A stretch of 64,000 nt of DNA from an uncultured delta proteobacterium (lineage in GTDB: Bacteria; Myxococcota_A; Polyangia; Palsa-1104). The notes beneath the pieces were generated by a model. The model made no database searches. It was not told where the DNA came from and worked only from the letters and a program-made list of their open reading frames with translations. Numbering within the stretch: the first letter of the stretch is position 1; each line of letters begins with the position of its first letter. This document shows positions 32,733 to 44,479 of this stretch, piece by piece. The stretch lies in contig CAWAWS010000007.1 in assembly GCA_963785725.1 (NCBI GenBank), positions 704,001 through 768,000 of the forward strand, in the 5' to 3' direction. Both the position numbers and the translations under genes were made by a program.

Positions 32733-34306
32733 AGCGCGCTCCGCTGCTGTGCTTGGCGCTGCTGTTGCCGTCGCTGGCGCGCGCCGCGGGTGCCGCCAAC
32801 GATCGCTATGACGAGCCGCCGCCGGCCGCCGCGCCGTCGCCGCTCGTGGCGCGCATCGACGAGCTGGTGGCGAAGCTGGCCAAGGCGGCCCATCGGCCCG
32901 TGCCCGTGCGTGACGCGCGGCTGGACGCGGCCGCCGACGAGATCGCGCGCATCGTGCCCGATCGCGCGCCGCCGCCGAACGAGCTGGTGCAAGGCGCGTT
33001 GTGGCTGCACGGCATCGTCGAGCCGCCGCCGCAGCTCTTGTTGACGACGATGGGCGAGCACGAGGACGACGCCTTCTTGGCCCGTCTGGCGAGCGACCTG
33101 CCGTCGGTGTTGGCGCAAGGCCGCTACGCGCGCGTCGGCGTCGGCCTCGAGCCGCTCGGCAACGGCGAGACGCGCGTGCTCGTGGCGCTGCAGGAGTCGT
33201 TCGTGACGATCGCGCCCTTGCCGCGCTCGCTGCCGGTGAACGCGGTCGTGCAGCTGAAGGGCAAGCTGCGCGGCGACTTCCGCAATCCGGAGGCGTTCGT
33301 CACGGCGCCCGACGGCAAAGTGTTGACGCGCATGCCGTTGCGCGGGCGCACGGCGGCGTTCCTCGGCAGCTTCAAGTGCGGTCCCCAAAGCGGCCGCTAC
33401 CAAGTCGAGATCACCGGCGACGACAGCTTCGGCCCCACGGTGCTCGCCAATTTTCCGTTATGGTGCGGCCAAAAGGCGCCGCGGACCTTGCGCGACGTGG
33501 CGCCGCCCGGCGGTCACGACGAGGAGTCGGCGACACCGACCATCGCCGAGCAGACGGCGTTCAGGCTGCTCAACGCCGATCGCGCCCACGCCGGCCTGCC
33601 GCCGCTTATGTGGGACGAGGCGCTGGCCAACGTCGCGCGCGGCCATTCGGTCGACATGATGACGCACGACTTCTTCGGTCACGTCTCGCCGACGACCGGC
33701 TCGGCGCAAGATCGCGTGCGCAAAGCGGGCGTCGACGTGCAGCTGCTCCTCGAGAACGTCGCGCGCGCGTTCACGGCCGGCGAGGCGGAGCGCGGCCTCA
33801 TGAGCTCGCCCGGCCATCGCGCCAACATCCTCAACGGCGACGTCACCCATGTCGGCATCGGCGTCGCCATCGAGAAGGAGTCGCGCGAGCTGCTGGTGAC
33901 GCAGCTGTTCTCGCTGCCGCCCGAGCCGTTCAACGCGCACAGCATCGACGACGTGCGCCGGCAGATGGACGAGCTGCGCCGCGCGCGCAAGCGCAACCCG
34001 CTCGTGCACGAGCCGGCGTTCGACGAGATGGCGCAGGCGATGGCGGCGCAGCTGGCGGCGGGCAAGCTGACGTCGGCCGAGGTCTCCAAGCGCATCGGCG
34101 ACACCATCGGCCACGACGCCGCGCGCTGGCGCGAGGTGCGCAGCCTGGTCGCCGTGGTCGGCTCGCCGTCGCAGGTGGTGCCGACGGCCAAAGACACGCT
34201 AGCCGATCCCAGCGTCACGCACGTCGGCGTCGGCATCGAGCGCGGCCCGCGACGTGAGGGAGGTCACGGCCTTTTCGTGGTCATCATCCTCGTCAGCCAC
34301 CGGTGA
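32729..34306 (+). CDS. Exported CAP (SCP/Tpx-1/PR-1) domain protein
   Basis: GTG overlaps the kinase stop (GTGA); LNADRAHAGLPPL, ARGHSVDM, FFGH, ENVA, MSSPGHRANIL, VGIG; degenerate CAP-like repeats flank it. Confidence 0.88.
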
Positions 34307-34397
34307 CGGCTGCTATTTGGCGGGGAAGCTTTTATCGGTACGTTCGTACATTGAATTTGGCGCACGAGCGTCTTAGCCTTTGTAGACGGAGGGCAGT

Positions 34398-34883
34398 ATG
34401 GCCGGACAGTTCGTGGTCACCCGCGGCGGACGCGACAATTTCTGCACCGAGGCCGAGCTGCGCTCGCTGGCGGAGCGTGGCCTCGTCGACGCGGGCGATC
34501 TCGTGTACCACCCCGTTCTCGGCCGCTGGCTCTACGCGCGCGAAGTCGAGGAGATCCGCGCGCCCATGACGGCGCTGGCGACGCTGGGACGCTCGCCCGA
34601 AGCGCTGGCGCTCATCGGCAAGCCGGCGTCCGGCCTGCAGCCGGTGCCGGCCAACGGCGAGGCGGTGGCCGGCTTCATCCTCGGCATCATGGGTCATCTG
34701 CCGCTGCTCGGCTTCTTCTGCTGCTTGGCCGGCGTCTACTTCTCGTCGCGCGGGTTGAAGCGCGCGGCGGCGCTGGGCCAGCAGGGTCACGGCCTCGCCG
34801 TCGCCGGCATGGTGTTGTCGATCGTCTTCCTCGTGCCCGCGACCGCCTTCAGCGCGCTGCTCCTCGCCACGTTCCTCGGGTAA
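34398..34883 (+). CDS. DUF4190-like membrane protein
   Basis: NGEAVAGFILGI...GHGLAVAGMVLS; RBS GGAGG. Confidence 0.7.
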   Translation: MAGQFVVTRGGRDNFCTEAELRSLAERGLVDAGDLVYHPVLGRWLYAREVEEIRAPMTALATLGRSPEALALIGKPASGLQPVPANGEAVAGFILGIMGHLPLLGFFCCLAGVYFSSRGLKRAAALGQQGHGLAVAGMVLSIVFLVPATAFSALLLATFLG

Positions 34884-34893
34884 GGACCCGCAT

Positions 34894-35205
34894 ATGCAAA
34901 CGACTGAGACGCCCGCGAAGCGCTGGACTCCGCCGCCGTTGGCTTTCTTTATTCCGGTCTTCTGCTGGCCGTTCTTCAGCGGCTGGCTCAATCGTCAACA
35001 CGCGCTCGGCATGTTCGCGCGAATAGCGTCGATGGCGCTGTTGAGCGCGGTGACTTATGCGCTGATGTTCGTCGTCGTCCGTCGCATTGGTCGCGATCGG
35101 CCGTGGCGGCCGCCGTCGGAATGGTCGATCGGGCTGCAGTTCGTGGGACTCGCTGTCGGGTGCGCGCTCGCCGAGGTCGCTGCTCACGCAATCTTTCCGC
35201 GTTAG
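34894..35205 (+). CDS. Small hypothetical membrane protein
   Basis: Three hydrophobic segments; RBS AAGGA; fills the gap to the convergent kinase. Confidence 0.55.
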   Translation: MQTTETPAKRWTPPPLAFFIPVFCWPFFSGWLNRQHALGMFARIASMALLSAVTYALMFVVVRRIGRDRPWRPPSEWSIGLQFVGLAVGCALAEVAAHAIFPR

Positions 35206-35208
35206 CGA

Positions 35209-37260
35209 CTAGGGTTTGACGAGCGCGGCCAGCTGCGCGCGGTCGTCGTCGACGGTGGCGGCGCCGGGGCGACGGCCGGCGACGAGCAGCGTCGGGCCGT
35301 GCTCCTCGAGCACCACCGCGTCGGCGATGTTGCCGTGCGCGACGCCGGCCGCGTGCAAGGGCGCCAGCGCGCGCACGAGCAGCGCCTCCTCGCGCGCCGT
35401 CAGCGTCGGCGGCCGCGGCGTGCGACCGGCCACCGCTTCGTAGACCACGCGCAACAGGCCGTCGCCGATGGGCTCGAGCCGCAAGACGCGCTGCAGCCGC
35501 GCGCCGCCGAAGCGCGCCAGCGCGCGCAGCCACGGCACGTGCGGCGCGTCGGCGGCGACGGTCTCGAGCACGACCTCGCGGCCGAGGCGCGTGTCGGTCG
35601 CCTGCGTGAGGCCGCCGGCCAGCGTCGCCGTGACGACGTAGCGCTCGCCCGCTGCACCGCTGGCGACCGGCTCGGCGCTGGCCGCGATCGTCGCCGAAGG
35701 TGCGGGCGCGGTTGCAATCGGCACGGCGCGGACGGCGTTGCGCAGCTCCTCCAGCGACGAGAAGCGCTCGTGCGGCACCTTGGCCAGCGCGCGCGCGACA
35801 ATCGCATCCCACGGCGCAAGCTCGCGCGACAGCGACGACGGCGCCGGCGGCCGCTCGCTCAGATGTTGCCCGACGAAATCGGGGCCGCCGAACGGCAAGC
35901 GACCGGTCAGCGCCTGAAACAGCGTCACGCCGAGCGCATAGACGTCGGCCGCGAAACCCAAATGCGCGCCCGTGATCTGCTCGGGCGACATATACGCGAG
36001 CGTGCCGATGAATCCGGCCGTCTGCGTCGCGCCCAAGTCGACCAGGTGGGCCACGCCGAAGTCGCCCAGCTTGGCCTCGCCCGACGCCGCGAAGAAGATG
36101 TTCTGCGGCTTCAGATCGCGGTGGATGACGCCGTGCGCGTGCGCGGCTTCGAGGCCGGCGAGGACTTCGAGCGCCCAGCTGCGCACGCGCGCCGGCGCCA
36201 TCGGCGTGGGCGTTCCCAGGCGATCGGCGAGCGTGCCGCCGGCCATGTATTCCATCGCCAAGAGGCCCAAGTCCTCGTGCGACGCGATGACGGAGACGAT
36301 GTTGGGATGGCGCAACGCGCTCACGACGCCGGCCTCGCGCAGGAAGCGGCGGTAACCCTCGGCCGAGCGCGCGTCGACGGGCGGCGCGACCACTTTGACG
36401 GCGACGTCGCGGCCGCTGAACTCGTCGCGCGCCAAGTAGACGCGGCCCATGCCGCCCGAGCCGAGCAGCTTGGCGACGCGATAGCGGCCGCCCAAGCGCG
36501 CGCCCGAGTCCGTCGCGGCGGCGCGCTTTTCGAGCGCCACCAGCGCGTCGAGCGGCGGCAGGCTGGGATCGGCGGCGCGCAGCGGATCGAGCACGGCGCG
36601 CGCGGCGTCGCGATAGCCGAGCGCCGCCAGCTCCGCGACCAGCAGTCGCTTGGCCCGCGTCGCCGCCGCGTCATCGACGACGACGGGCGCATCGTTCGGG
36701 GCGACCGGCGGCACCAGCGCCTTTTGCAGGTGGCGCGCCGCTTCGTCGTGACGGCCGAAGCCGGCCAAGATGCGGCCTAACGCCAAATGCGCGCGCGGCG
36801 CGTCGGCCGAGTCGGGCTCGCTCGCGAGCAGCTTCTCGTAGGCGATGCCCGCTTCGCGCACACGACCGAGCGTCTCGTCGAGCCGCGCGGCTTCGAGCGG
36901 CTGCTGCGCCTGCACGTACAGCACGCGCGCCTTTTCCAGCTGACCCAGCCGTTCGCGCAGCGCCGCCGCCTCCGCCCACATGCGCCGCCGCTCGTACGTC
37001 TCGGCGCCGCGCTCCTGCTCGACCGGCGTGCCCGCGTGCAGCGACTCGCCGACGACCGCCGCCTCCGTGAAGTCGCGCGCCTCCAAGAGCAGCCGCAACA
37101 GCTCGGGGCGATCGCCGCGCTGCCGTGCCACCGCCGCCGCGCCGCGCCAGTCCCAAATGCGCTCGTACAGCTGCTGCGCGCGTGCCAGATCGCCCAGCCG
37201 CAGCGCTTCGGCCGCTGCCTCCGCGTACTTGCCGTTTGCGATCAGCTGCTCGATGTCCAT
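35209..37260 (-). CDS. Cytoplasmic Ser/Thr kinase with N-terminal TPR/helical repeats and a C-terminal degenerate kinase-like domain
   Basis: GSGGMG, VAVK, HRDLKPQN, DFG, GTLAYMSPEQ; C-terminal ERY...ATDTRLGREV...LHAAGVAHGNI. Confidence 0.9.
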   Translation of the reverse strand: MDIEQLIANGKYAEAAAEALRLGDLARAQQLYERIWDWRGAAAVARQRGDRPELLRLLLEARDFTEAAVVGESLHAGTPVEQERGAETYERRRMWAEAAALRERLGQLEKARVLYVQAQQPLEAARLDETLGRVREAGIAYEKLLASEPDSADAPRAHLALGRILAGFGRHDEAARHLQKALVPPVAPNDAPVVVDDAAATRAKRLLVAELAALGYRDAARAVLDPLRAADPSLPPLDALVALEKRAAATDSGARLGGRYRVAKLLGSGGMGRVYLARDEFSGRDVAVKVVAPPVDARSAEGYRRFLREAGVVSALRHPNIVSVIASHEDLGLLAMEYMAGGTLADRLGTPTPMAPARVRSWALEVLAGLEAAHAHGVIHRDLKPQNIFFAASGEAKLGDFGVAHLVDLGATQTAGFIGTLAYMSPEQITGAHLGFAADVYALGVTLFQALTGRLPFGGPDFVGQHLSERPPAPSSLSRELAPWDAIVARALAKVPHERFSSLEELRNAVRAVPIATAPAPSATIAASAEPVASGAAGERYVVTATLAGGLTQATDTRLGREVVLETVAADAPHVPWLRALARFGGARLQRVLRLEPIGDGLLRVVYEAVAGRTPRPPTLTAREEALLVRALAPLHAAGVAHGNIADAVVLEEHGPTLLVAGRRPGAATVDDDRAQLAALVKP

Positions 37261-37290
37261 CGCCGCAAAAGTATGCTACGCAAGCGCCCG

Positions 37291-38157
37291 ATGCAGCGCA
37301 CAATCGGAGTCATCGGCGGCTCGGGCCTGTACGAAATCGAGGGGCTGACCGCCATCGAGCGGATCGCGCTCGAGACGCCGTTCGGCACGCCGTCGGACGA
37401 GTTCATCGTCGGCCAGCTGGGCGACGCGCGGCTCGTGTTTTTACCGCGTCACGGGCGCGGACACCGCATTTTGCCGCACGAAATCAACTTCCGCGCCAAC
37501 ATTTGGGGCATGAAGAAGCTGGGCGTCGACTGGATCTTGTCGGTCTCCGCCGTCGGCTCGCTCAAGGAAGAGATCGCGCCCGGCCACATCGTCATCGTCG
37601 ACCAGTTCATCGACCGCACCAAAGCGCGCCAGTCGTCCTTCTTCGGCGAGGGCGTGGCCGGTCACGTCGGCTTCGGCGATCCCATCTGCGGCGACTTGGC
37701 GGCGCACGTGCTCGCCGGCGCGAAAGCCGCCGGCGCCAAAGTCCACGACGGCGGCACCTACGTCGTCATGGAAGGTCCGATGTTCTCGACGCGCGCCGAG
37801 TCGAACCTCTATCGCAGCTGGGGCGCGAGCGTCATCGGCATGACCAACCTGCCCGAGGCCAAGCTCGCCCGCGAAGCGGAAATTTGCTACTCGACCATCG
37901 CCTTGTCGACCGACTACGACTGCTGGCACGAGTCGGAAGACGACGTCACCGTCGAGCAGGTCGTGGCGATCGTCAAACAGAACGTCGCGCTCGCCAAGCA
38001 GATCGTGAAGAACGCCATCGAGCGCATCCCCGCGGAACGTGTTTGCAAATGCAAGGACGCGGCCGCGCACGCCATCATGACGGCGCCCGAAGCCATTCCG
38101 GCCTCGGCGCGTGAACGACTCGGCATCATCCTCGATAAATATTGGAGCGCGCGCTGA
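37291..38157 (+). CDS. mtnP: S-methyl-5'-thioadenosine phosphorylase
   Basis: IGVIGGSGLY, TPFG, PRHGRGH, SAVGSL, DQFIDRT, EGPMFSTRAES, IGMTNLPEAKLAREAE, TDYDCWH. Confidence 0.95.
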   Translation: MQRTIGVIGGSGLYEIEGLTAIERIALETPFGTPSDEFIVGQLGDARLVFLPRHGRGHRILPHEINFRANIWGMKKLGVDWILSVSAVGSLKEEIAPGHIVIVDQFIDRTKARQSSFFGEGVAGHVGFGDPICGDLAAHVLAGAKAAGAKVHDGGTYVVMEGPMFSTRAESNLYRSWGASVIGMTNLPEAKLAREAEICYSTIALSTDYDCWHESEDDVTVEQVVAIVKQNVALAKQIVKNAIERIPAERVCKCKDAAAHAIMTAPEAIPASARERLGIILDKYWSAR

Positions 38158-39089
38158 TGACTGCGCATGGACACAACGGACTCGTCGTCGTCGGCTCGGT
38201 GGCGCTCGACTCGGTGGAAGCGAACGGCGCGGTGCACGACGACGTGCTCGGCGGCTCGGGCTCGTTCTTCTGCACGGCGGCGTCGCACTTCGCGCCGGTC
38301 AAGCTGGTGGCGGTCGTCGGCGAGGATTTCCCGCCGCAGCACCTCGAGTTCTTGAAGAGCCGCGGCGTCGATCTCGGCGGCGTCGAGAAGCGTCCGGGCA
38401 AGACCTTCCGCTGGAAGGGCCGCTACTCGGCGGATCTGGCGTCGCGCGAGACGCTCGACACGCAGCTGAACGTGTTCGCCGACTTCAAGCCGGTCTTGCC
38501 GGCCGATTGGCGCGACGCCGAGTTCTTGTTCTTGGGCAACATCCATCCGACCTTGCAGCTCGACGTGTTGCAGCAGCTCAAGCAGCCGCGCTTGGTCGCG
38601 ATGGACACGATGAACTTCTGGATCGAAGGGCAGCCGGCGGCGCTCGCCAAGGTGCTCGAGAAGGTCGATCTGCTCGTCATCAACGACGAAGAGGCGCGTC
38701 TGTTGTCGCGCGAGCACAACCTGCCGAAGGCGGCGCGGGCGATTCGCGCGATGGGGCCGAAGACGGTCATCGTCAAGCGCGGCGAGTCGGGCGCGCTCTT
38801 GTTCCACGAGCACGGCGTGTTCGCGGCGCCGGCGTTTCCGCTCGAGCAGGTCGTCGATCCGACGGGCGCGGGCGACACGTTCGCGGGCGGCTTCGTCGGC
38901 TACTTGGCGCGCGTGCGCGACTTGTCGCCGCAGGCGGTGCGGCGCGCGATGTTCTACGGCAGCGTCATGGCCAGCTTCTGCGTCGAGGATTACTCGCTCG
39001 ATCGGCTGCGCACGCTCGTCGAAGGCGATGTCGAAGGCCGCTACCGCGCGTTCCGCGATCTGACGCACTTCGAAGACGTCCGCCTCTAA
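38157..39089 (+). CDS. PfkB-family sugar/nucleoside kinase
   Basis: VGSVALD, LGGSG, DTMNFWI, INDEEA, VKRGESG, DPTGAGDTFAGG; start overlaps the mtnP stop. Confidence 0.92.
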   Translation: MTAHGHNGLVVVGSVALDSVEANGAVHDDVLGGSGSFFCTAASHFAPVKLVAVVGEDFPPQHLEFLKSRGVDLGGVEKRPGKTFRWKGRYSADLASRETLDTQLNVFADFKPVLPADWRDAEFLFLGNIHPTLQLDVLQQLKQPRLVAMDTMNFWIEGQPAALAKVLEKVDLLVINDEEARLLSREHNLPKAARAIRAMGPKTVIVKRGESGALLFHEHGVFAAPAFPLEQVVDPTGAGDTFAGGFVGYLARVRDLSPQAVRRAMFYGSVMASFCVEDYSLDRLRTLVEGDVEGRYRAFRDLTHFEDVRL

Positions 39090-39106
39090 ATCCCAGCGCT
39101 GTTCAT

Positions 39107-40627
39107 TTAGCGGTTCGCGAGCGTCAGCCGCACCTCCGGCGGCAGCGCGCGCGCGTACTCGCGCAGCCGCGCGCGCGCTTCGGCGGCGGTGGCCGCGTCG
39201 CGCGTCCAAATCTGCACCGTCGGCACCGGCAGCACGAAGTTCGTCGTATCCACCGTCAAGTCGGCGACGTGCAGCCAACCTTGGCCCGTCGTCAGCGCAT
39301 TGGGAAACGCGTAGATCGCCGCCAGATCGACGTGCTCGCGCTGCGCCAGCGCGACCAGCTGCGGCGCGGCCGCGGGCGACGTGAGCGCGCGCCGCGCCGT
39401 GTCGCTGCCGAGGCCGAGCAGGTCGAGCACGTAGGCGTCGGCGCCGAGGCTGGCCAAGCCGAGATCGTCGATGGCGACCGGCCGCCGCCAGAGCTGCCGC
39501 GTAAAGCGCGCGACCTCCGCCGGCTGCAGCATGATGTCGTGCGAGGCGATGGGAAAGCCGACCAGCGGCAGCGTGTAGATCGTCGCCAGGATGCCGCCGC
39601 CGTACAAGAGCGCGCGCCGCGACCGCAGCGCCGGCAGCGGCCCGCGCGCGAGCAGGACGCGGCACGCGTCGGGAAACAGCGCCGGCAACAGGCCGAGCAC
39701 GTACAAGAACAGGAAGACCTCGTAGCGACCGTACCAGGCCACGAAGATCATCTGCGTCGCGTAGACGATCACCGTCGCCACCGGCAGCACGAACGGCAGC
39801 GCGCGGCGCGGCGCGGCGCGCAGCCGCCACGCCGGCCGCAGCGTCGGCAACAGGCAGACGACGATGACGACCGGCACGCTGTGCTCGACGAAGCTGCGCG
39901 GCAGCCGCGTCGCGATCTTCACCAGCACCGACGACGGCAGCGGCGGCAGCCCATGGCGCATGAGCCACGCGCCGAAGGCGACGACGCCGAGCCCGCCGAG
40001 CGCGAGCGGCACGAGCGTGATCGGCCGGCCGCGCGACCAGGCGAACGCCACCGCCGACAGCGAGATGAGCGCGCCTTCGAAGCGCACCAGAGGCAAGAGC
40101 GCGATAGCGACGAGCAGCCAGCGGTCGACTTGGGGCTTTGGCTGGTCGTCCCGCGCGAGAATGAGGAGACCGCGCACAATCAATAGCGTCAGTAGGCCTT
40201 GCAGCGAATGCTCGAGCCCGGTCAGCGCCACGCCGACGACGTTGCAGCAGACAATGATGACGATCGTCAGCGAAACCGGCCGAGCGCGCGGCTCGCCCGG
40301 CACCGAAAGCGCGCGCTCGAGGATGGCGTAGATGAGCGCCGTCTCGCCGAGCACGAGCCCGATATCGAGCACGAAGGGCACGAGCACGAACGCGCTGAGA
40401 GGCAGCCACGCGAACGGCGCGAGCAGGAACGGCCACAGCACGCTCGACGACGGCGACGAGAATTCGCCGGCGTTGATGCCGTAGCCGCCGCGCGCGATCT
40501 GCTGGGCGACGCGCAGGTGAATGTAGGGGTCGTCGAGCGGGTAGAAGAAGTGGCCGTGATTGCGCGCCAGCATGAGCGCGGTGGCGATGGCGACGATGAG
40601 CGCACAAGCCGCGACCGAGCGGGCCAT
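39107..40627 (-). CDS. Polytopic membrane protein, GT-C glycosyltransferase-like
   Basis: DDPYIHLRVAQQIARG, SSSVLW, GLEHSL, VRFEG, DLLGLG; many TM segments. Confidence 0.7.
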   Translation of the reverse strand: MARSVAACALIVAIATALMLARNHGHFFYPLDDPYIHLRVAQQIARGGYGINAGEFSSPSSSVLWPFLLAPFAWLPLSAFVLVPFVLDIGLVLGETALIYAILERALSVPGEPRARPVSLTIVIIVCCNVVGVALTGLEHSLQGLLTLLIVRGLLILARDDQPKPQVDRWLLVAIALLPLVRFEGALISLSAVAFAWSRGRPITLVPLALGGLGVVAFGAWLMRHGLPPLPSSVLVKIATRLPRSFVEHSVPVVIVVCLLPTLRPAWRLRAAPRRALPFVLPVATVIVYATQMIFVAWYGRYEVFLFLYVLGLLPALFPDACRVLLARGPLPALRSRRALLYGGGILATIYTLPLVGFPIASHDIMLQPAEVARFTRQLWRRPVAIDDLGLASLGADAYVLDLLGLGSDTARRALTSPAAAPQLVALAQREHVDLAAIYAFPNALTTGQGWLHVADLTVDTTNFVLPVPTVQIWTRDAATAAEARARLREYARALPPEVRLTLANR

Positions 40628-40696
40628 CCGCGGCGACGATAACATGCGCCGCCGAAGGCTGTCGACGACGACGCCGCCGCGCGGTACACCTCGGCC

Positions 40697-41188
40697 ATGA
40701 CCCCAGCGGCGCTGCCCGAGCTGCAGCATCGGTTCGCGACGACCTCGGCCGACGAGACGCAGGCGCTCGCCGAGCGGCTCGGGCGATTGGCGGCGGCCGG
40801 CGACATCATCGCGCTCGCCGGCGACTTGGGCGCGGGCAAGACCGCGTTCGTGCAAGGCTTGGCGCGCGGCCTCGACGTGCGCTCGGCGCGCGTGGCCAGC
40901 CCCAGCTTCACCATCGTCAACGAGCACGCCGGGCGCTTGCCGCTCATTCACGCGGATCTGTACCGCCTCGCCGATCCCGAAGAGCTGGAGGAGCTCGGTT
41001 TTCGCGACTATCTCGGGCGCGGCGCCGTCGTCGCCGTCGAGTGGTTCGAGCAGGCGCCCGCTGCGCTGCCGTCAGAGCGACTAGAAGTTCGGCTCGTGGC
41101 GACGGCGCCGGAGACGCGCGAGATCGACGTGCGCGCCATCGGTGTGACGGCGATCGAGCGGCTGCGCGCCTGGATCGGCCCGGCCTGA
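40697..41188 (+). CDS. tsaE: tRNA t6A biosynthesis ATPase
   Basis: GDLGAGKTAF, VASPSFTIV, HADLYRL, VEW. Confidence 0.95.
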   Translation: MTPAALPELQHRFATTSADETQALAERLGRLAAAGDIIALAGDLGAGKTAFVQGLARGLDVRSARVASPSFTIVNEHAGRLPLIHADLYRLADPEELEELGFRDYLGRGAVVAVEWFEQAPAALPSERLEVRLVATAPETREIDVRAIGVTAIERLRAWIGPA

Positions 41189-41200
41189 TAAGATGACGGC

Positions 41201-42313
41201 ATGCGCATCCTTTATGGCGTCGTCGGCGAGGGCATGGGCCACGCCACCCGCAGCATGGTCATCCTGCGTCACCTCGTCGATTCGGGCGCGCACGAGATCG
41301 AGATCGTCGTCTCCGGTCGCGCGCACGCGTTCTTGCGCAAGGCGTTCCCGACGCTGAAGGTGCACGAGATCGCCGGTCTGACGATGGTCTACGAAGACAA
41401 CGAAGTGCAGCGACGGAAGACGGCCTTCGACATCTTCAAGAAGCTGCCGGCGTTCGCGGAGAACTTCGAGACCTTCACGCGGCTGGCCGAAGGCTTGCGG
41501 CCGGAGCTCGTCATCAGCGACTTCGAGAGCTTCGCCTATTTGTTCGCCAAGAAGCACGAGCTGCCGGTGATCAGCATCGACAACATGCAGATCATCAATC
41601 GCTGCGCGCTCGAGGTCGAGATTCCCGTCGAGGAAGAGGCCAGCTTTCAGATGGCCAAGGCGATCGTCAAAGCGAAGCTGCCGCACTGCGATCACTATCT
41701 GATTACGACGTTCTTCTTTCCGCCGCCGCGCAAAGAGCGGACGAGCCTGTTTCCGCCGATTCTGCGCGACGGCGTGCTCGACGCCGTGCCGTCCGACGGC
41801 GAGCACGTGCTCGTCTATCAAACCTCGGACAGCTTCCACGATCTCGTGCCGACGTTGCAGCGCCTGCCGGGCAAGTTCTTCGTCTACGGCCTGAAGCGCG
41901 ACGAGCAGCTCGGCAACGTCACGCTCAAGGGGTTCTCCGAAGACGGCTTCGTGCGCGATTTGGCGTCGGCGCGCGCGGTCTTGGCCGGCGGCGGCTTCTC
42001 GCTCATGGGCGAAGCGGTCTATCTGCATAAACCGCTATTGGCGGTGCCGCTCAAAGGGCAGTTCGAGCAGACGTTGAATGCGCTCTATCTGCAGAAGCTC
42101 GGCTACGGCGAATATCACCGCGAGCTCGACGAAGCGCGCATCAAAGCGTTCCTCGATCGCACGCCGGAATATGCGCGCAATCTGCAGGCGCATAAGCAAG
42201 ATCGCAACCGCGCGATATTGGCGAAACTGGATTCATTGATCGCGGAAATAAAGGTCAAAGGCCGATTGGTATCGCGCGGCGCCGAGCCGCGTGAGGACGA
42301 AATCGAGGAGTGA
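41201..42313 (+). CDS. MJ1255/VC2487-family glycosyltransferase (GT-B fold)
   Basis: MRILYGVVGEGMGHATRS, ISDFE, SIDN, GGGFSLMGEA, GQFEQTLNA. Confidence 0.88.
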   Translation: MRILYGVVGEGMGHATRSMVILRHLVDSGAHEIEIVVSGRAHAFLRKAFPTLKVHEIAGLTMVYEDNEVQRRKTAFDIFKKLPAFAENFETFTRLAEGLRPELVISDFESFAYLFAKKHELPVISIDNMQIINRCALEVEIPVEEEASFQMAKAIVKAKLPHCDHYLITTFFFPPPRKERTSLFPPILRDGVLDAVPSDGEHVLVYQTSDSFHDLVPTLQRLPGKFFVYGLKRDEQLGNVTLKGFSEDGFVRDLASARAVLAGGGFSLMGEAVYLHKPLLAVPLKGQFEQTLNALYLQKLGYGEYHRELDEARIKAFLDRTPEYARNLQAHKQDRNRAILAKLDSLIAEIKVKGRLVSRGAEPREDEIEE

Positions 42314-42334
42314 GCGAGGGCCGCGGCCGCGGCT

Positions 42335-42739
42335 TCAGCCGCCGAACTGCGCCTTGAGCTTGTCGTCCCATTCGTCGGCGACGCGGGCGACGGTGTCGAG
42401 CATGTCGACGAACTCGTCGAAGTCGAGCGACTCGAGCGAGCGCAGCGCGCGCAGATAGACGCGGCCGGTCTCGCGATCGATGGAAAACGCGCCGTCTTCC
42501 GTCGCCAGATAGTTCAGCTCGAGCAGCCGGCGATAGAGATCTTCGCGATTGCGCTCGGGCACGTCCATGATCGGCGCCAAAAAGAGGATGAACCCTTTCT
42601 GCTCGACCACGTTGATTCCGACGGTGGCCGAGCCGCGCGCGACCTGCGTGAAGCCGTCTTTATCGAGCGGATCGATCGTAACGCCGATCAGCTCGGCGAA
42701 CCGCTGGATGTACTCTGCCACCCGCTTGACGTCGGCCAT
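42335..42739 (-). CDS. YbjN/CesT chaperone-fold protein
   Basis: Small acidic protein; LYRRLLELN...GAFSID...ADEWDDKL; RBS GGAGG. Confidence 0.8.
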   Translation of the reverse strand: MADVKRVAEYIQRFAELIGVTIDPLDKDGFTQVARGSATVGINVVEQKGFILFLAPIMDVPERNREDLYRRLLELNYLATEDGAFSIDRETGRVYLRALRSLESLDFDEFVDMLDTVARVADEWDDKLKAQFGG

Positions 42740-42758
42740 GTGGCCCTCCGAGCCCTTA

Positions 42759-44334
<1,576 letters not shown>

Positions 44335-44479
44335 TCCTCACAGTGTAGTCACCACGCCACTGGTTGCCATTTGGAAATGAGTTACGGTAGTTACGGATCG
44401 CCGATCGGCGGCGATAAACGCGTTCCATTGGCGATTTCGCGGAAGCTGAAACACGTTCTATTTTGGGTGACGACCGCCG

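Noticed and set aside
42335..42739. CesT-like protein as a sign of a type III secretion locus
   Set aside because: No T3SS structural genes in the window; stand-alone YbjN-fold proteins are common.
44379..44396. AGTTACGG direct repeat upstream of a kinase
   Set aside because: Only two copies at a 9-bp period; too weak to call a binding site.
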